Shown piece by piece: positions 10,538 to 20,219 of a stretch of DNA of 51,536 nt (position 1 is the stretch's first letter; each line of letters opens with the position of its first letter). This DNA is from Nitrospirota bacterium (GTDB lineage Bacteria; Nitrospirota; Thermodesulfovibrionia; UBA6902). The notes beneath the pieces were generated by a model. It saw only the letters and a list, made by a program, of their open reading frames with translations. It ran no database searches and was not told the origin of the DNA. The stretch lies in the NCBI GenBank assembly GCA_003354025.1, contig PIVU01000004.1, forward strand, positions 1 to 51,536, read 5' to 3'. The translations under genes and the position numbers were made by a program.

Positions 10538-10554
10538 TGTGTTTGTTCAGGACA
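10538..10554. promoter_or_regulatory. possible enhancer (UAS) for a sigma54 activator
   Basis: TGT-N11-ACA about 130 bp upstream of the sigma54 site; short motif that could be chance. Confidence 0.35.
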
Positions 10555-10698
10555 AGTAAAAGCGACTGCTGTCACTGTAACACTATGTGCAGCTTTTGTG
10601 CTGTCACATAAATATGTTACTCTTACTGTTATGGTATAGCATCTTTTAATTATGACAGTATAAGGTTCTGTTACACTTTAAAATGAGGAGAGTTGCTC

Positions 10699-11460
10699 AT
10701 GTCATTGACTGTTAGTATTGTGACAGATGAAAAGGATCTCAAAGCGATTTATAAACTGAGATATAAGGTATATTGCCAGGAGTGGGGATTTGATAAGCAT
10801 ATTAACCACTCCAAGGAAATTATTACCGATGCACACGATGAGCAGGCAATTCATTTTGCTGCCAGGGATGAGACCCGTAAAATTGTAGGTGCTATCATGC
10901 TCATTCAGAACTCATCGGAGGGATATCCTATTGAGAAGTTCTGTGAGTTGAATATTAATGCCGATGAGCTTCCACGGGACAAGCTGTGCGAAGTATCACG
11001 AATGGTTATTCACAGAGATTACAGGAGAAGAGCTGAAGATAAATATATATATGGTAATGATGAAGAGAGAAGGAGTATTGGCAGTTTTAATTTTCCTCAG
11101 CGTTATTCCGGCCACAGCACATTCTCCCGAAGGTCTGAAGACAAATACAAAAACAAGAGAAATGTGAAACGCTTAAATGAGTCGTACAGTGAAAGAAGAA
11201 GCAGGCATGAATTAGTCCTTAATCTATTTAAGGCCATATACAGGGAAAGCAAAAAAAGGGACATAACTCACTGGTATTCTTTTATGACAAAAGGGGTTTT
11301 GATATTGCTAAGCAGGTTTGGCTTTGCCTTTGAGGAGATCGGTGATCCCGTTGATTATCACGGAATTCGAACACCTTATTTGGGGGAAATTGCAAAAATC
11401 GAACAGGAATTACTTAATACAACTCCTGAATTATATGATGAATATACCAGAGATTTGTAA
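10699..11460 (+). CDS. PEP-CTERM/exosortase system-associated N-acyltransferase (GNAT/LuxI-like fold)
   Basis: LRYKVYCQEWGF, D.HD, EVSRM, IGDPVDYHGIRTPY; PEP-CTERM context; ATG after GAGGAG. Confidence 0.82.
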   Translation: MSLTVSIVTDEKDLKAIYKLRYKVYCQEWGFDKHINHSKEIITDAHDEQAIHFAARDETRKIVGAIMLIQNSSEGYPIEKFCELNINADELPRDKLCEVSRMVIHRDYRRRAEDKYIYGNDEERRSIGSFNFPQRYSGHSTFSRRSEDKYKNKRNVKRLNESYSERRSRHELVLNLFKAIYRESKKRDITHWYSFMTKGVLILLSRFGFAFEEIGDPVDYHGIRTPYLGEIAKIEQELLNTTPELYDEYTRDL

Positions 11461-11538
11461 GTCTTATGATACTAGAGGGTGAAACAATGGGCGTAGTTCG
11501 CAGGGGTCCTTCAATTTATAGATGCAGTGGGTCATATA

Positions 11539-12732
11539 ATGTATGAAAAATATTTTTCTTTAAACCACAAGCCGTTTGAGTTAACGCCAAATCCTGATTA
11601 TTTGTTCCGGAGCACTACTCACAAAAAAGCTATTACGTATCTTGACTATGGAATAAAGGAGAAGATCGGGTTTATTCTGCTTACCGGTGAAGTTGGTTCT
11701 GGCAAAACGACTATTATCAGAAATCTCGTAAGAAATCTAACAGATTCAGTCAGGCTGTCAAGGGTAAATAACACGAAAGTGTCGTCAGTGCAGCTGATAT
11801 CAATGATAAATGAAGATTTCGGTATGGATGTAGAGGGTAAAAGCAAGACGAAGTTATTGAGCGATCTGAACTCTTTTCTGATTGAACAATATGCAAATGG
11901 AAAGCAGCCGATCCTGCTTATTGATGAGGCCCAGAATCTTTCTCCCGCACTCCTGGAGGAAATAAGATTGTTGTCTAATCTTGAGACTGACAGGGCAAAA
12001 TTACTGCAGATAATTCTCATTGGTCAGCCCGAGTTAAAGACGACATTAATGCTTCCTGAGCTTATTCAGCTTCGCCAGCGTATAAATATTAATTATCATA
12101 TTGCTCCCCTGTCTCTGGATGAAATTGCAGAATATATTAAACATCGTCTTACAATAGCCGGGAATGTAAATGCCATGGAGCTTAATAGTGAAATCCTGGA
12201 GCTTATCAATCACTTTAGCAGAGGAATACCAAGGCTCATTAATATACTGTGTGACTTCACGTTGCTGACGGCATTTGTTGAGGGCATTGAAAAGGTTGAT
12301 GTCGATATTGTGAGGGAAGTGACTAAAGACCTTGAATCGCGTGATTACTGGAATATCTCAACTCAGGACGTGCTTGAGACTGAAAGTAAAAGCAATGAGG
12401 ATGAGAAACTATCAAAGGTTGCCGGTGATCTTGCATTGAAAATTATTAATGTTGAAGGAGCAATTGAGCACATTGTTGAAGAAATGGCAGCAGTGAAAAG
12501 CAGGCTGGATGAAATTGAAGAAATAGTAACCGGTTCTACAGGGGCAGAGCTTGCGGGACAGGGAAATTTGCTTGCAGAGCGAGTTGAACAACTGGAAAAA
12601 CAACTTGCTGTTTTAAGTGAGGATAAACTAATAACCGGTCCGGAGAAGGCTGCTGAAAAACCTGTTGCTGAAGAGCTTGGTTATATAAAAAATCTCATAA
12701 ACGATATTGATCACAAACTGAAAAAGATATGA
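11539..12732 (+). CDS. XrtA/PEP-CTERM system-associated ExeA-like ATPase
   Basis: MYEKYFSL..KPFELTPNP, Walker A GEVGSGKT, IDEAQNL, GQPEL, GIPRLINILCD; coiled-coil tail. Confidence 0.9.
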   Translation: MYEKYFSLNHKPFELTPNPDYLFRSTTHKKAITYLDYGIKEKIGFILLTGEVGSGKTTIIRNLVRNLTDSVRLSRVNNTKVSSVQLISMINEDFGMDVEGKSKTKLLSDLNSFLIEQYANGKQPILLIDEAQNLSPALLEEIRLLSNLETDRAKLLQIILIGQPELKTTLMLPELIQLRQRININYHIAPLSLDEIAEYIKHRLTIAGNVNAMELNSEILELINHFSRGIPRLINILCDFTLLTAFVEGIEKVDVDIVREVTKDLESRDYWNISTQDVLETESKSNEDEKLSKVAGDLALKIINVEGAIEHIVEEMAAVKSRLDEIEEIVTGSTGAELAGQGNLLAERVEQLEKQLAVLSEDKLITGPEKAAEKPVAEELGYIKNLINDIDHKLKKI

Positions 12733-12802
12733 TGCCAATCTGTCCTCTATCCTGTCTCTGCTGATAATCTTACGTAGCCTGCATAGTGATTGTGTATAGG
12801 CG

Positions 12803-13225
12803 TCAGGCTTCACTGGTGTCTTCTATGTACCTTGATATTTCACCTGAAGGGTCACTTTCATTACCTGCTTTGTCATATGCCGCTAGCCGGAAATAATATG
12901 TGCCCGGAGCAAGGTTGCTGAGATTTACGCTTGTAACACTACCTACATCCAGTTGATATTGATAGTCATTAGAAGATGTTCCATAGTATATTTTATATCC
13001 TGATAGATCTGTCAGTGGTGAGCCGTCCTCGTTTAACGTAGGTGCGTTCCATGACAGGGCGACGGATCCGCTGTATTCCAAGCTGTTAGAAATTTTCTCA
13101 TATTGAGTATTATTGCTGCTTCCACAGCCGAACGTTGTGGTAATGATGGCAAGTAATATGATGAGGACGATAAATTTATTGTAATGTGAGCTAACATATT
13201 TGATTTTCATAATAATCCTTTTCAT
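12803..13225 (-). CDS. fibronectin type III domain lipoprotein
   Basis: lipobox-like TFGC; LSWNAPT.NEDGSPL.DL.GY.IYYG..AYD.AGNES. Confidence 0.82.
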   Translation of the reverse strand: MKRIIMKIKYVSSHYNKFIVLIILLAIITTTFGCGSSNNTQYEKISNSLEYSGSVALSWNAPTLNEDGSPLTDLSGYKIYYGTSSNDYQYQLDVGSVTSVNLSNLAPGTYYFRLAAYDKAGNESDPSGEISRYIEDTSEA

Positions 13226-13350
13226 TACTTATAACGACTAAGTTGTGTCATAACTTTAGTGGCTTATTTTTACCCTGTTATAACAAGCACTTACGTTTAT
13301 ATTGATTCCGTTTGACTCCCAGCTATAGGCAGTATATCAGCGAAATGTAA

Positions 13351-13366
13351 AGCAAAATGTGTGCCG
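13351..13366 (-). promoter_or_regulatory. sigma54 promoter for the FN3 lipoprotein gene
   Basis: CGGCAC-ACATT-TTGCT on the minus strand, GG-N10-GC, directly downstream of a sigma54 activator gene. Confidence 0.7.
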
Positions 13367-13483
13367 GGTCACAAATGGAATGGAACTGCCCGGATTAAAA
13401 TGATTTAATGGTAACCGATACTCCTGGTCTTATTCAGTTGCATTGGAAACCCTTCAGTACGGGCAGGGAATTGATAGGGGAAT

Positions 13484-14845
13484 TCAGTCTTTTTTGAAAT
13501 CCTCGGGTTTGAGTTTATGCTTTTTCAGGAGGAGATAGAAATCAGCACGGTACTTGCCGGCTAATTCCGAGGCTTTACTGACATTTCCTTTTGTTGATTC
13601 AAGGAGATTAATCATGTAATTTCTCTCAAAACTGGCTTTTGCTTCTTTAAGAGATTGCAGTGGCTCAGGAAAGAGTCCGCAGGTTTGGAGTATGAGCTCC
13701 TGGGTGATCATGCTACTCTGCGTCATAGTCATTGCATACTCAATCGTATTCTCTAATTCACGAACATTACCGGGCCAATCATGCATTAATAGTTTCTGCA
13801 TTGCTCCAGGGGTTAGTCCGATCACCTCTTTATTCATTTTTGGGGCGATTTTGTTAATGAAGTGTTTTACTAGGGCCGGAATATCATCCTTTCTTTCACG
13901 CAGAGGGGGAAGATGAATTGGGACAACATGTACCCGGTAGTAAAGATCTTCACGGAAACGGCCCTCTTCAGTCTCAACTTTCAGATCACGATTTGTAGCG
14001 ACTATTACTCTGACGCTCACTTCAATTAATTTTTTGCCTCCTACTGGATAGAATTGCTGCTCCTGAAGTACACGGAGCATTTTTGCCTGGACAGACAGAG
14101 GCATGTTAGCCATTTCATCAAGAAAAATCGTGCCGTTGTGGGCTTCTGTGAAGAGGCCCTTTGTACTGCGTAATGCCCCGGTAAAGGCACCTTTCTCATA
14201 TCCAAACAATTCGCTCTCCAGAAGTGTTTCCGGAAGAGCAGCACAATTTATTGCAATAAAAGGCCCATCCTTTCTTGAGCTGGCAAGATGTACTGCCCTG
14301 GCAACAAGTTCTTTACCAGTACCGCTTTCTCCCTGAATGTAGACCGTTGAGTCTGATTGGGCAATAAGCGATACCTGCTTTAATATATTCAGCATTTTAT
14401 CGCTTCTGGCAATTATATTTGTAAAATTATATTTTTCGTTAAAAAGATATTTCAGTCTTTTGACTTCTCCTGTAAGCTTCCTGTTTTCGAGGGCTTTATC
14501 AATCTGAATAAGAAGCTCTCTGGGGTCAAAAGGCTTAGTTAAGTAATTGAAGGCCCCCTTTTGCATAGCTTCAACAGAACTCTCTATGGTCCCGTATGCG
14601 GTGAGTATAATGACCGGAATCTCAGGACTGATTTTAAGAATGTCCGCCATTAAAGAAATACCGTCCCCTTCGGCCAGCTGAAGGTCGATAATGGCGAGAT
14701 CAAATATATGCTCCCTGACAGCAGTTACTGCGTCATCTTCTCTCAGGGCGGTCACCACATCAAACTCTGCTGATTCCAGCCGCATCTTGATGACCTCAAG
14801 CAGATTGCTGTCATCATCCACTACTAATAATTTTCCTTTTGCCAT
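13484..14845 (-). CDS. sigma54-dependent response regulator (GlrR/QseF-like)
   Basis: REC domain, GESGTGKE, GAFTGA, WPGNVRELEN, C-terminal RADFYLLLKKH resembling GlrR. Confidence 0.92.
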   Translation of the reverse strand: MAKGKLLVVDDDSNLLEVIKMRLESAEFDVVTALREDDAVTAVREHIFDLAIIDLQLAEGDGISLMADILKISPEIPVIILTAYGTIESSVEAMQKGAFNYLTKPFDPRELLIQIDKALENRKLTGEVKRLKYLFNEKYNFTNIIARSDKMLNILKQVSLIAQSDSTVYIQGESGTGKELVARAVHLASSRKDGPFIAINCAALPETLLESELFGYEKGAFTGALRSTKGLFTEAHNGTIFLDEMANMPLSVQAKMLRVLQEQQFYPVGGKKLIEVSVRVIVATNRDLKVETEEGRFREDLYYRVHVVPIHLPPLRERKDDIPALVKHFINKIAPKMNKEVIGLTPGAMQKLLMHDWPGNVRELENTIEYAMTMTQSSMITQELILQTCGLFPEPLQSLKEAKASFERNYMINLLESTKGNVSKASELAGKYRADFYLLLKKHKLKPEDFKKD

Positions 14846-14850
14846 AATAA

Positions 14851-15606
14851 TTACCTTGCCATCTCTTTTTTCTTTTTTTCTATTTCAATGTCTACCTGCT
14901 TTGTCTGCTCAATAGCTCTTATGACACCCCTCCATATTTTAGCCTCTTCACTGTATGGGCTGTCTGGATACTCTTTTATCAGTCTTGAAAAATACTGAAG
15001 GGTTTTTTTGTAGCTTCTGGCAGGGTTTTCATAGTGAGCATAAATGAGAGCAATGTTATAGAGAGCTTTGTCCTTTGAAAGACCTTTGTCAGACAATGAC
15101 AGTATTTTATCGTTTGCCTTCAGCGCCACTGCGAAGTTGTTGTGGGTAATACCTTCTTTGGCGCGGATAAACTGATTTAATGCGTCGGCCTTTTCCTGAA
15201 GGCTTAATTGCATTTTGACTGATCTGTCCAAAATGGTTTCCCAGTTTTTTGATTGCTCGAGCAGGTCACTGTCCGGATAGTTTTGAATGAGCTGTCGGAA
15301 TAATATCTGCGCCTTGCCATAGTTCCTGTCCGGATTGCCATAGTGAGTGTGTATCATGGCAATATTGAAAAGAGCCTGGTCCCCTGGAGGCCCTTTGACG
15401 TATAGAGACAGCACCTTCCTGTTTTCCGTTATTGCACTGTTAAAATCTTTTTCTGCAAGCAGTTTTTCACTGCGAAGAAAGATTTCATTTGTATACCGTT
15501 TCCTGTGCATGTCATTAAGCGAAGCGCAGGAAAATGATAATAACAGGATTACAACGGTAATACAAAGGAAAATGTGGTTCCCTGATCTGATGTTTTTTCT
15601 ACCCAA
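14851..15606 (-). CDS. TPR/BamD-like lipoprotein between kinase and regulator
   Basis: lipobox SFSC; two repeats of ALFNIA..H..NP.R.Y..YPDS. Confidence 0.75.
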   Translation of the reverse strand: MGRKNIRSGNHIFLCITVVILLLSFSCASLNDMHRKRYTNEIFLRSEKLLAEKDFNSAITENRKVLSLYVKGPPGDQALFNIAMIHTHYGNPDRNYGKAQILFRQLIQNYPDSDLLEQSKNWETILDRSVKMQLSLQEKADALNQFIRAKEGITHNNFAVALKANDKILSLSDKGLSKDKALYNIALIYAHYENPARSYKKTLQYFSRLIKEYPDSPYSEEAKIWRGVIRAIEQTKQVDIEIEKKKKEMAR

Positions 15607-16982
15607 ACTTTTCCTCCATGGGAGTCTATAATATGTTTCACAATAAACAGCCCCAGGCCTGTGCCCTTATCTTTACTTTTGACTTTATAGTACTTGTTGA
15701 AAATCATATCTAGATTATCGGTTTTAATGCCCGAGCCTGTATCTGATATTGAAATTTTCAGTTCATTATCTGCCTTAACAGATATAGTTACTGTGCCGCC
15801 TCTGTCAGTGTATTTTATGGCATTCCCAAGCAGGTTTCTAAGTACATGAAGCATTCTGTCCCCATCTATCTTCACATGCGGAGGGCTGTCTATTATATCT
15901 CTTTTAACCGTTATTTGTTTAGTTTCAGCAAGGGGCTCCAGTTCACGTGTTACTTTATTAATTAATGAGGTAATATCTGATACAGTGAACGTATACAGCA
16001 TCATTCCTGCTTCCATCCTTGACAGGTCCAGGAGCGAATTGACAAGATTTATGAGACGAATGCATTCCTCGTTTATTATAGTCAGCAACCTTTTCTGTTT
16101 ACCTGCGGATTCATCTTCGCTCAGGCCTTCCAGTACGAGATTGCTTCCTTCTTTAATTGTTGTGAGAGGTGTGCGCAGTTCATGGGACATTAAAGAAAAA
16201 AAGTCAGACTTTAACTGGTCGACTTCTTCCAGTTGTGTACACATTAAATTAAAGGAATTTGCCAATTCACGTATCTCCGGAGGGGAACTTACATGCAGAG
16301 CATCACCGAAATTGCCGCAGGCGATCTCTTTTGTTTTGTTCTTGATAATGGATAGTGGCTTTGTGATTGTAATAGTAATAACTATAGATATGATCACTCC
16401 TGATATGAGGGAAATTAATCCTATAATTATTGCTACACTACTGGCATTGCCTTCAGCTTCTCCCAGTTTCTTTACTTTATTGTAAGTGCTGATTTGACTG
16501 TAGGTGTCCAGCTCTTTTAATTTACCCACTGTTTGATTTACAGCGTCTTCCTTTTCCTGCTTAAAAGTGTTTGCAGAATATTGCCTGCCCTTTTTTATAT
16601 TCGATACTTCTTCATTAATGAGATTATTATAGGCTTCATAACTTCTCTTAACATTATCCAGAATTACCTCTACTTCAGGAGAGCTTGAGAGTGCAGAAGT
16701 TGCTTTGAACTGTTTTTCAAAATTATCTCTGGCCAGCAGAAAATGTTTAAAGAGGCTCTTGTCTTTAATAATGATGTATTTTCTTTCATACCGCATCATT
16801 GACAGTAAATGGTCTGAGAGTTTCTGCCTGTGGTCAATTAACTGCGTGTCTACAGAAAGTATTGATTTTGAAATGTTTTCCAGCTGGCTAAGCTGAAATA
16901 TTGCATAAATGCTTACTGTCATAGCAAGCAGCAGTATTGCCAGGAATCCAATAGCAAGACGCTGGAAAATAGTTATGTTCAA
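15549..16982 (-). CDS. HAMP-domain sensor histidine kinase (GlrK/QseE-like)
   Basis: two TM segments, HAMP, SHELRTPL, NAIKY, DTGSG, GTGLGL. Confidence 0.93.
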   Translation of the reverse strand: MNITIFQRLAIGFLAILLLAMTVSIYAIFQLSQLENISKSILSVDTQLIDHRQKLSDHLLSMMRYERKYIIIKDKSLFKHFLLARDNFEKQFKATSALSSSPEVEVILDNVKRSYEAYNNLINEEVSNIKKGRQYSANTFKQEKEDAVNQTVGKLKELDTYSQISTYNKVKKLGEAEGNASSVAIIIGLISLISGVIISIVITITITKPLSIIKNKTKEIACGNFGDALHVSSPPEIRELANSFNLMCTQLEEVDQLKSDFFSLMSHELRTPLTTIKEGSNLVLEGLSEDESAGKQKRLLTIINEECIRLINLVNSLLDLSRMEAGMMLYTFTVSDITSLINKVTRELEPLAETKQITVKRDIIDSPPHVKIDGDRMLHVLRNLLGNAIKYTDRGGTVTISVKADNELKISISDTGSGIKTDNLDMIFNKYYKVKSKDKGTGLGLFIVKHIIDSHGGKVWVEKTSDQGTTFSFVLPL

Positions 16983-17261
16983 TATTGTGTATTCCCTTCT
17001 ATGTGTTGCTATAACTTACAGTAATATAAGCATATTCCGGATTATGTGATAGTATTATTACCAGTATGTACAACCTTTTAATTTGATTAGGTTATCCAGA
17101 CAAGATATTACAAGACACTATTATGCATATTTGAAATTATTATTAAAGTCATTGCCGGCAAGTGAGTAAGTTGGGTGGTGGAATGGGAATCAGCATGAAC
17201 CGCTAACTAGTTGAATCCATGTAATTTCAATGAGTTTGAATTGAGGTATGCTCTGCAAAAG

Positions 17262-17307
17262 CGGAAAAGCCGGACCACGAAGGCTGCTGCACTTTCGTGG
17301 TCCGGCT
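17262..17307 (-). terminator. intrinsic terminator after the FN3 surface protein gene
   Basis: AGCCGGACCACGAA / TTCGTGGTCCGGCT stem followed by TTTT on the minus strand. Confidence 0.7.
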
Positions 17308-17348
17308 CCGGGACCCTGCCGTTAAGTATGGCTTTATTAAGATTATGC

Positions 17349-19793
17349 TTAATTTACATTAACTGTTATAGAATCCTCAAAGTATTGGCCCCCGTCCTTA
17401 TTGCCGTTCATGTTTATATCAACACCAAAGTAGTATGTATAAGCGCCCTTAGCGGACCTTGAGTCGTTCTTGACAGTTATAGGCCCTGTATTAGTCATAG
17501 TGTCCTGCTTGTAATAGGAAGAACCTCTTCTCCATTTTCCGTTTGAAGAGTCATAATAGTAGAAACGATTACGGTATTCATACAGGACCCACCAATCGGC
17601 CTTTTTGCCGTCAAAGTCTTTCGGGTCCAGCTGTATGGTTACCGTTACGTTTTCTCTGTTGAGAACGTTGGCGGCGTCAGTAGAGCCATTGACTATTACT
17701 TGAGGGACAGGATGTTCAAGGACTGTTCCTTCAAGAGTTAATGTAGATGTTGGAGTAGCAGGATCATCTGATGCTATGGAGATGCTGGCGGTGCTTGAGC
17801 CCAGAGTTGATGATGAGAAGTCAACATCAAAGGTGCAGGTTTTTGTCGGTGCAAGGGTTTCTCCTGAACAGTTGTCGTTTTCATTAAGAGTGAATTCCGA
17901 GGCGTTTGTGCCGTTGATTGCTATATTGCCTACAGAAAGGTTTTCATTTCCTGAATTCGTAATCATAATAGTCCTTGTGGCAGATGTAATAACAGTGCCT
18001 GTAAACTCAACCTGGGGGGACTGGCATGTTACCCAGACATTATCGATTGCCCAGAAGCCGCTGGAACTGCTGTTTGCATAACTGAATCTTACCTGTGCAT
18101 TACTGCTGTCAGCTGTGGAGCTGATGTCTACATTTTTCCACTGCGGTGAAGGATAGCCGTCATCTGTGTCTACATATAAATTGCTTGTCCAGGTCTGGCC
18201 GCCGTCATCGCTTACATCGACTTCGAAGCTGCCTGAATACCAGTTGTACTGATTGCTGAACTCAAGCTCCACATTGCTGCAGGAAGGTGTTTCGAAGGAG
18301 TCTGTAACGAGTACTTCATTGGAGGTTGCTGAGCATGATGAGTCAACTATAGCTGCCGGCTCAACAAAGGGGTATTCCATGTTCTGTCTGCAGGAGTTGT
18401 CTGTATTCCAGCTTCCCTGGTTTGTCCATGTATCAGGAATACCCTCTGAAAAATCTTCGCTCAGAATAACTTTGCTTACTTTAATGATCGGGGCACAGCC
18501 TTCATCAATCTGTCCGTCGCAATCATTATCAAGATCATCACATGTTGCTTCAGTACTTTCAGTGGGAGAACCAGGTGTGCATGAATTGACTTCTGATCCA
18601 TCCTGACACTCTATCTGGCCTACTGAAGAGCATACCCCTGCTCCGCATGAAGTAACAGTGATTACATAATCGTTGTCAGCTGTTCCGCTGCAGTTTTCAT
18701 CTATGCCATTACAATTGTCATCGCTTGCCCCGGGGTTTATGCCGGCGCTGCTGTCATTACAGTCGTTACCTGCTGTTGTCTGACACTCAGCAGGTTCACA
18801 GCCAGTACCTGTGCATGTGCCGCTGATCGAGCTTGCATAGTAACTGTCGCTGTCGCTGTCGCAGTAATAATCTATTTCAGGCAAATCGGCTGACGTGAAA
18901 GTTGAATCAGATGATGTTGCCAGGTTGCCTGCGGCGTCACGGCTCAGCACTCTGTAATGATAAAGAGTAGATGCGGAAAGTCCGTTTATGCTTTGACTGT
19001 GGCCTGTGACTGAAGATGAGTTAAGTGTGGTGGAACTGCCATATGAAGTTGTGGTGCCGTATTCAATCTGAGTGTCGGCTGCTTCATTGGTTGTCCAGGT
19101 TATAGTAACGGAGGATACGGTGATTCCTGCTGACTGTATATTTGAAATGACAGGTGAAGTAGTATCCGGTGTTGTAAGCGTATAGTCTGATGAAATCGCC
19201 AGGTTGCCGGCAGGGTCACGGCTCAGTACTCTGTAATGATAAAGAGTGGAAGCGGATAGACCGGTAATACTTTGGCTGTGGCTTGTAACCGTTGATGAAT
19301 CAAGCGAAGTAGAACTGCCATAGGAGATTGTAGTTCCATATTGGATTTTTGTGTCTGCAGATTCATTAGTGGTCCATGATATGGTTGAAGAAGTCTCAGT
19401 AATTTCTGAAGCTAGTACGCTTGAAATGTCAGGAGATGTTGTATCAGAGGCAGGACCAATAGGTATGGGCTGTTCGCTTGAATAGTTGCTTTCATTTCCG
19501 GAGGTATCATAGGCCGTGAGAGCAATGTAGTAAGTAGTTTCATATTCAAGGCCGCTCAACTGGTACGTAGTTACATTACCGATATCAATGCTCTGGGTGT
19601 ATGTGTCTGATGAAGTTCCATAATAAATAATGTACCCTTCAAGATCGCCAAGGGGAGACCCGTCTTCATTTTCGGTGGGCGCGTTCCAGGTCACTGTTGT
19701 ATCTGCGGCATAGCTCGTAGTAGCGCCAAGTATAATGAGACAGAAAAGTAAGATACGTAGCAAGATATGTCTGTTGTTGTTATTAATTGTCAT
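17349..19793 (-). CDS. secreted/surface multi-domain protein (FN3 x3, Cys/Asp-rich putative metal-binding repeats, Ig-like choice-of-anchor-D-like domain)
   Basis: start moved to ATG 19793 behind AAGGAG, because the ORF-track TTG lies in the terminator; signal peptide; DCND..INPG..C.GID.NC motifs. Confidence 0.85.
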   Translation of the reverse strand: MTINNNNRHILLRILLFCLIILGATTSYAADTTVTWNAPTENEDGSPLGDLEGYIIYYGTSSDTYTQSIDIGNVTTYQLSGLEYETTYYIALTAYDTSGNESNYSSEQPIPIGPASDTTSPDISSVLASEITETSSTISWTTNESADTKIQYGTTISYGSSTSLDSSTVTSHSQSITGLSASTLYHYRVLSRDPAGNLAISSDYTLTTPDTTSPVISNIQSAGITVSSVTITWTTNEAADTQIEYGTTTSYGSSTTLNSSSVTGHSQSINGLSASTLYHYRVLSRDAAGNLATSSDSTFTSADLPEIDYYCDSDSDSYYASSISGTCTGTGCEPAECQTTAGNDCNDSSAGINPGASDDNCNGIDENCSGTADNDYVITVTSCGAGVCSSVGQIECQDGSEVNSCTPGSPTESTEATCDDLDNDCDGQIDEGCAPIIKVSKVILSEDFSEGIPDTWTNQGSWNTDNSCRQNMEYPFVEPAAIVDSSCSATSNEVLVTDSFETPSCSNVELEFSNQYNWYSGSFEVDVSDDGGQTWTSNLYVDTDDGYPSPQWKNVDISSTADSSNAQVRFSYANSSSSGFWAIDNVWVTCQSPQVEFTGTVITSATRTIMITNSGNENLSVGNIAINGTNASEFTLNENDNCSGETLAPTKTCTFDVDFSSSTLGSSTASISIASDDPATPTSTLTLEGTVLEHPVPQVIVNGSTDAANVLNRENVTVTIQLDPKDFDGKKADWWVLYEYRNRFYYYDSSNGKWRRGSSYYKQDTMTNTGPITVKNDSRSAKGAYTYYFGVDINMNGNKDGGQYFEDSITVNVN
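18900..19450 (-). repeat. two tandem FN3-like intragenic repeats, period 279 nt (93 aa)
   Basis: CTGTAATGATAAAGAGT at 18952 and 19231; WTTNE.ADT.I.YGTT..GLSASTLYHYRVLSRD occurs twice. Confidence 0.85.
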
Positions 19794-19814
19794 TATTCCC
19801 ATCTCCTTCACCCC

Positions 19815-19856
19815 AAAAAATAAAGCCTGTTTCCCTAAAGGCAAACAGGCTTTATT
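19815..19856 (-). terminator. riboswitch expression-platform terminator
   Basis: AATAAAGCCTGTTT / AAACAGGCTTTATT stem plus U-run, between the aptamer and the RBS. Confidence 0.85.
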
Positions 19857-19887
19857 CCAATAGATAAACTCTGGGAAAGCACTGCTT

Positions 19888-19965
19888 CTTCGACGACCCG
19901 GCTATCCTTTACAGGACCCGTGGCTTTGTGTCCCCTGGTTACCCAGGGTTTACCCTTATCGGAAA
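19888..19965 (-). ncRNA. cyclic di-GMP-I (GEMM) riboswitch
   Basis: minus strand AAGGGUAAAC-CCUGG-GUAA-CCAGG-GGACACAAAGCCACGGGUCC..GGAUAGCCGGGUCGUCG matches the GEMM consensus with a GNRA loop. Confidence 0.9.
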
Positions 19966-20020
19966 CGATTTATTTATTTCTATCTTAGGTATATGATAAA
20001 AAACGGATTGCGGAGTTGGA

Positions 20021-20036
20021 TGTGATTTGAATCACG
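20021..20036. promoter_or_regulatory. CRP-type binding site of the riboswitch promoter
   Basis: TGTGA-N6-TCACG; -10 TATCAT (minus strand, 19998-19993) places it near -42, class II geometry. Confidence 0.7.
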
Positions 20037-20219
20037 AGAAGTGTAAATAAATATTACAATAGTCTAAAAAGCAATTAAGTACGGCATGTTACGAAGGGGC
20101 CAGCTGACATGATATGTAAATTTAAGTGTCACTATCGCTGGTGGTATGAAGCCGGTTATTAGTTGAATAGAGCAGAATGATTATCGATCAGGAAGGTTGA
20201 ACTGCCAGCCAAAAAATAA

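Noticed and set aside
19794-19844. ORF-track N-terminal extension of the FN3 protein
   Set aside because: It begins at a TTG inside the riboswitch terminator; the RBS supports ATG 19793.
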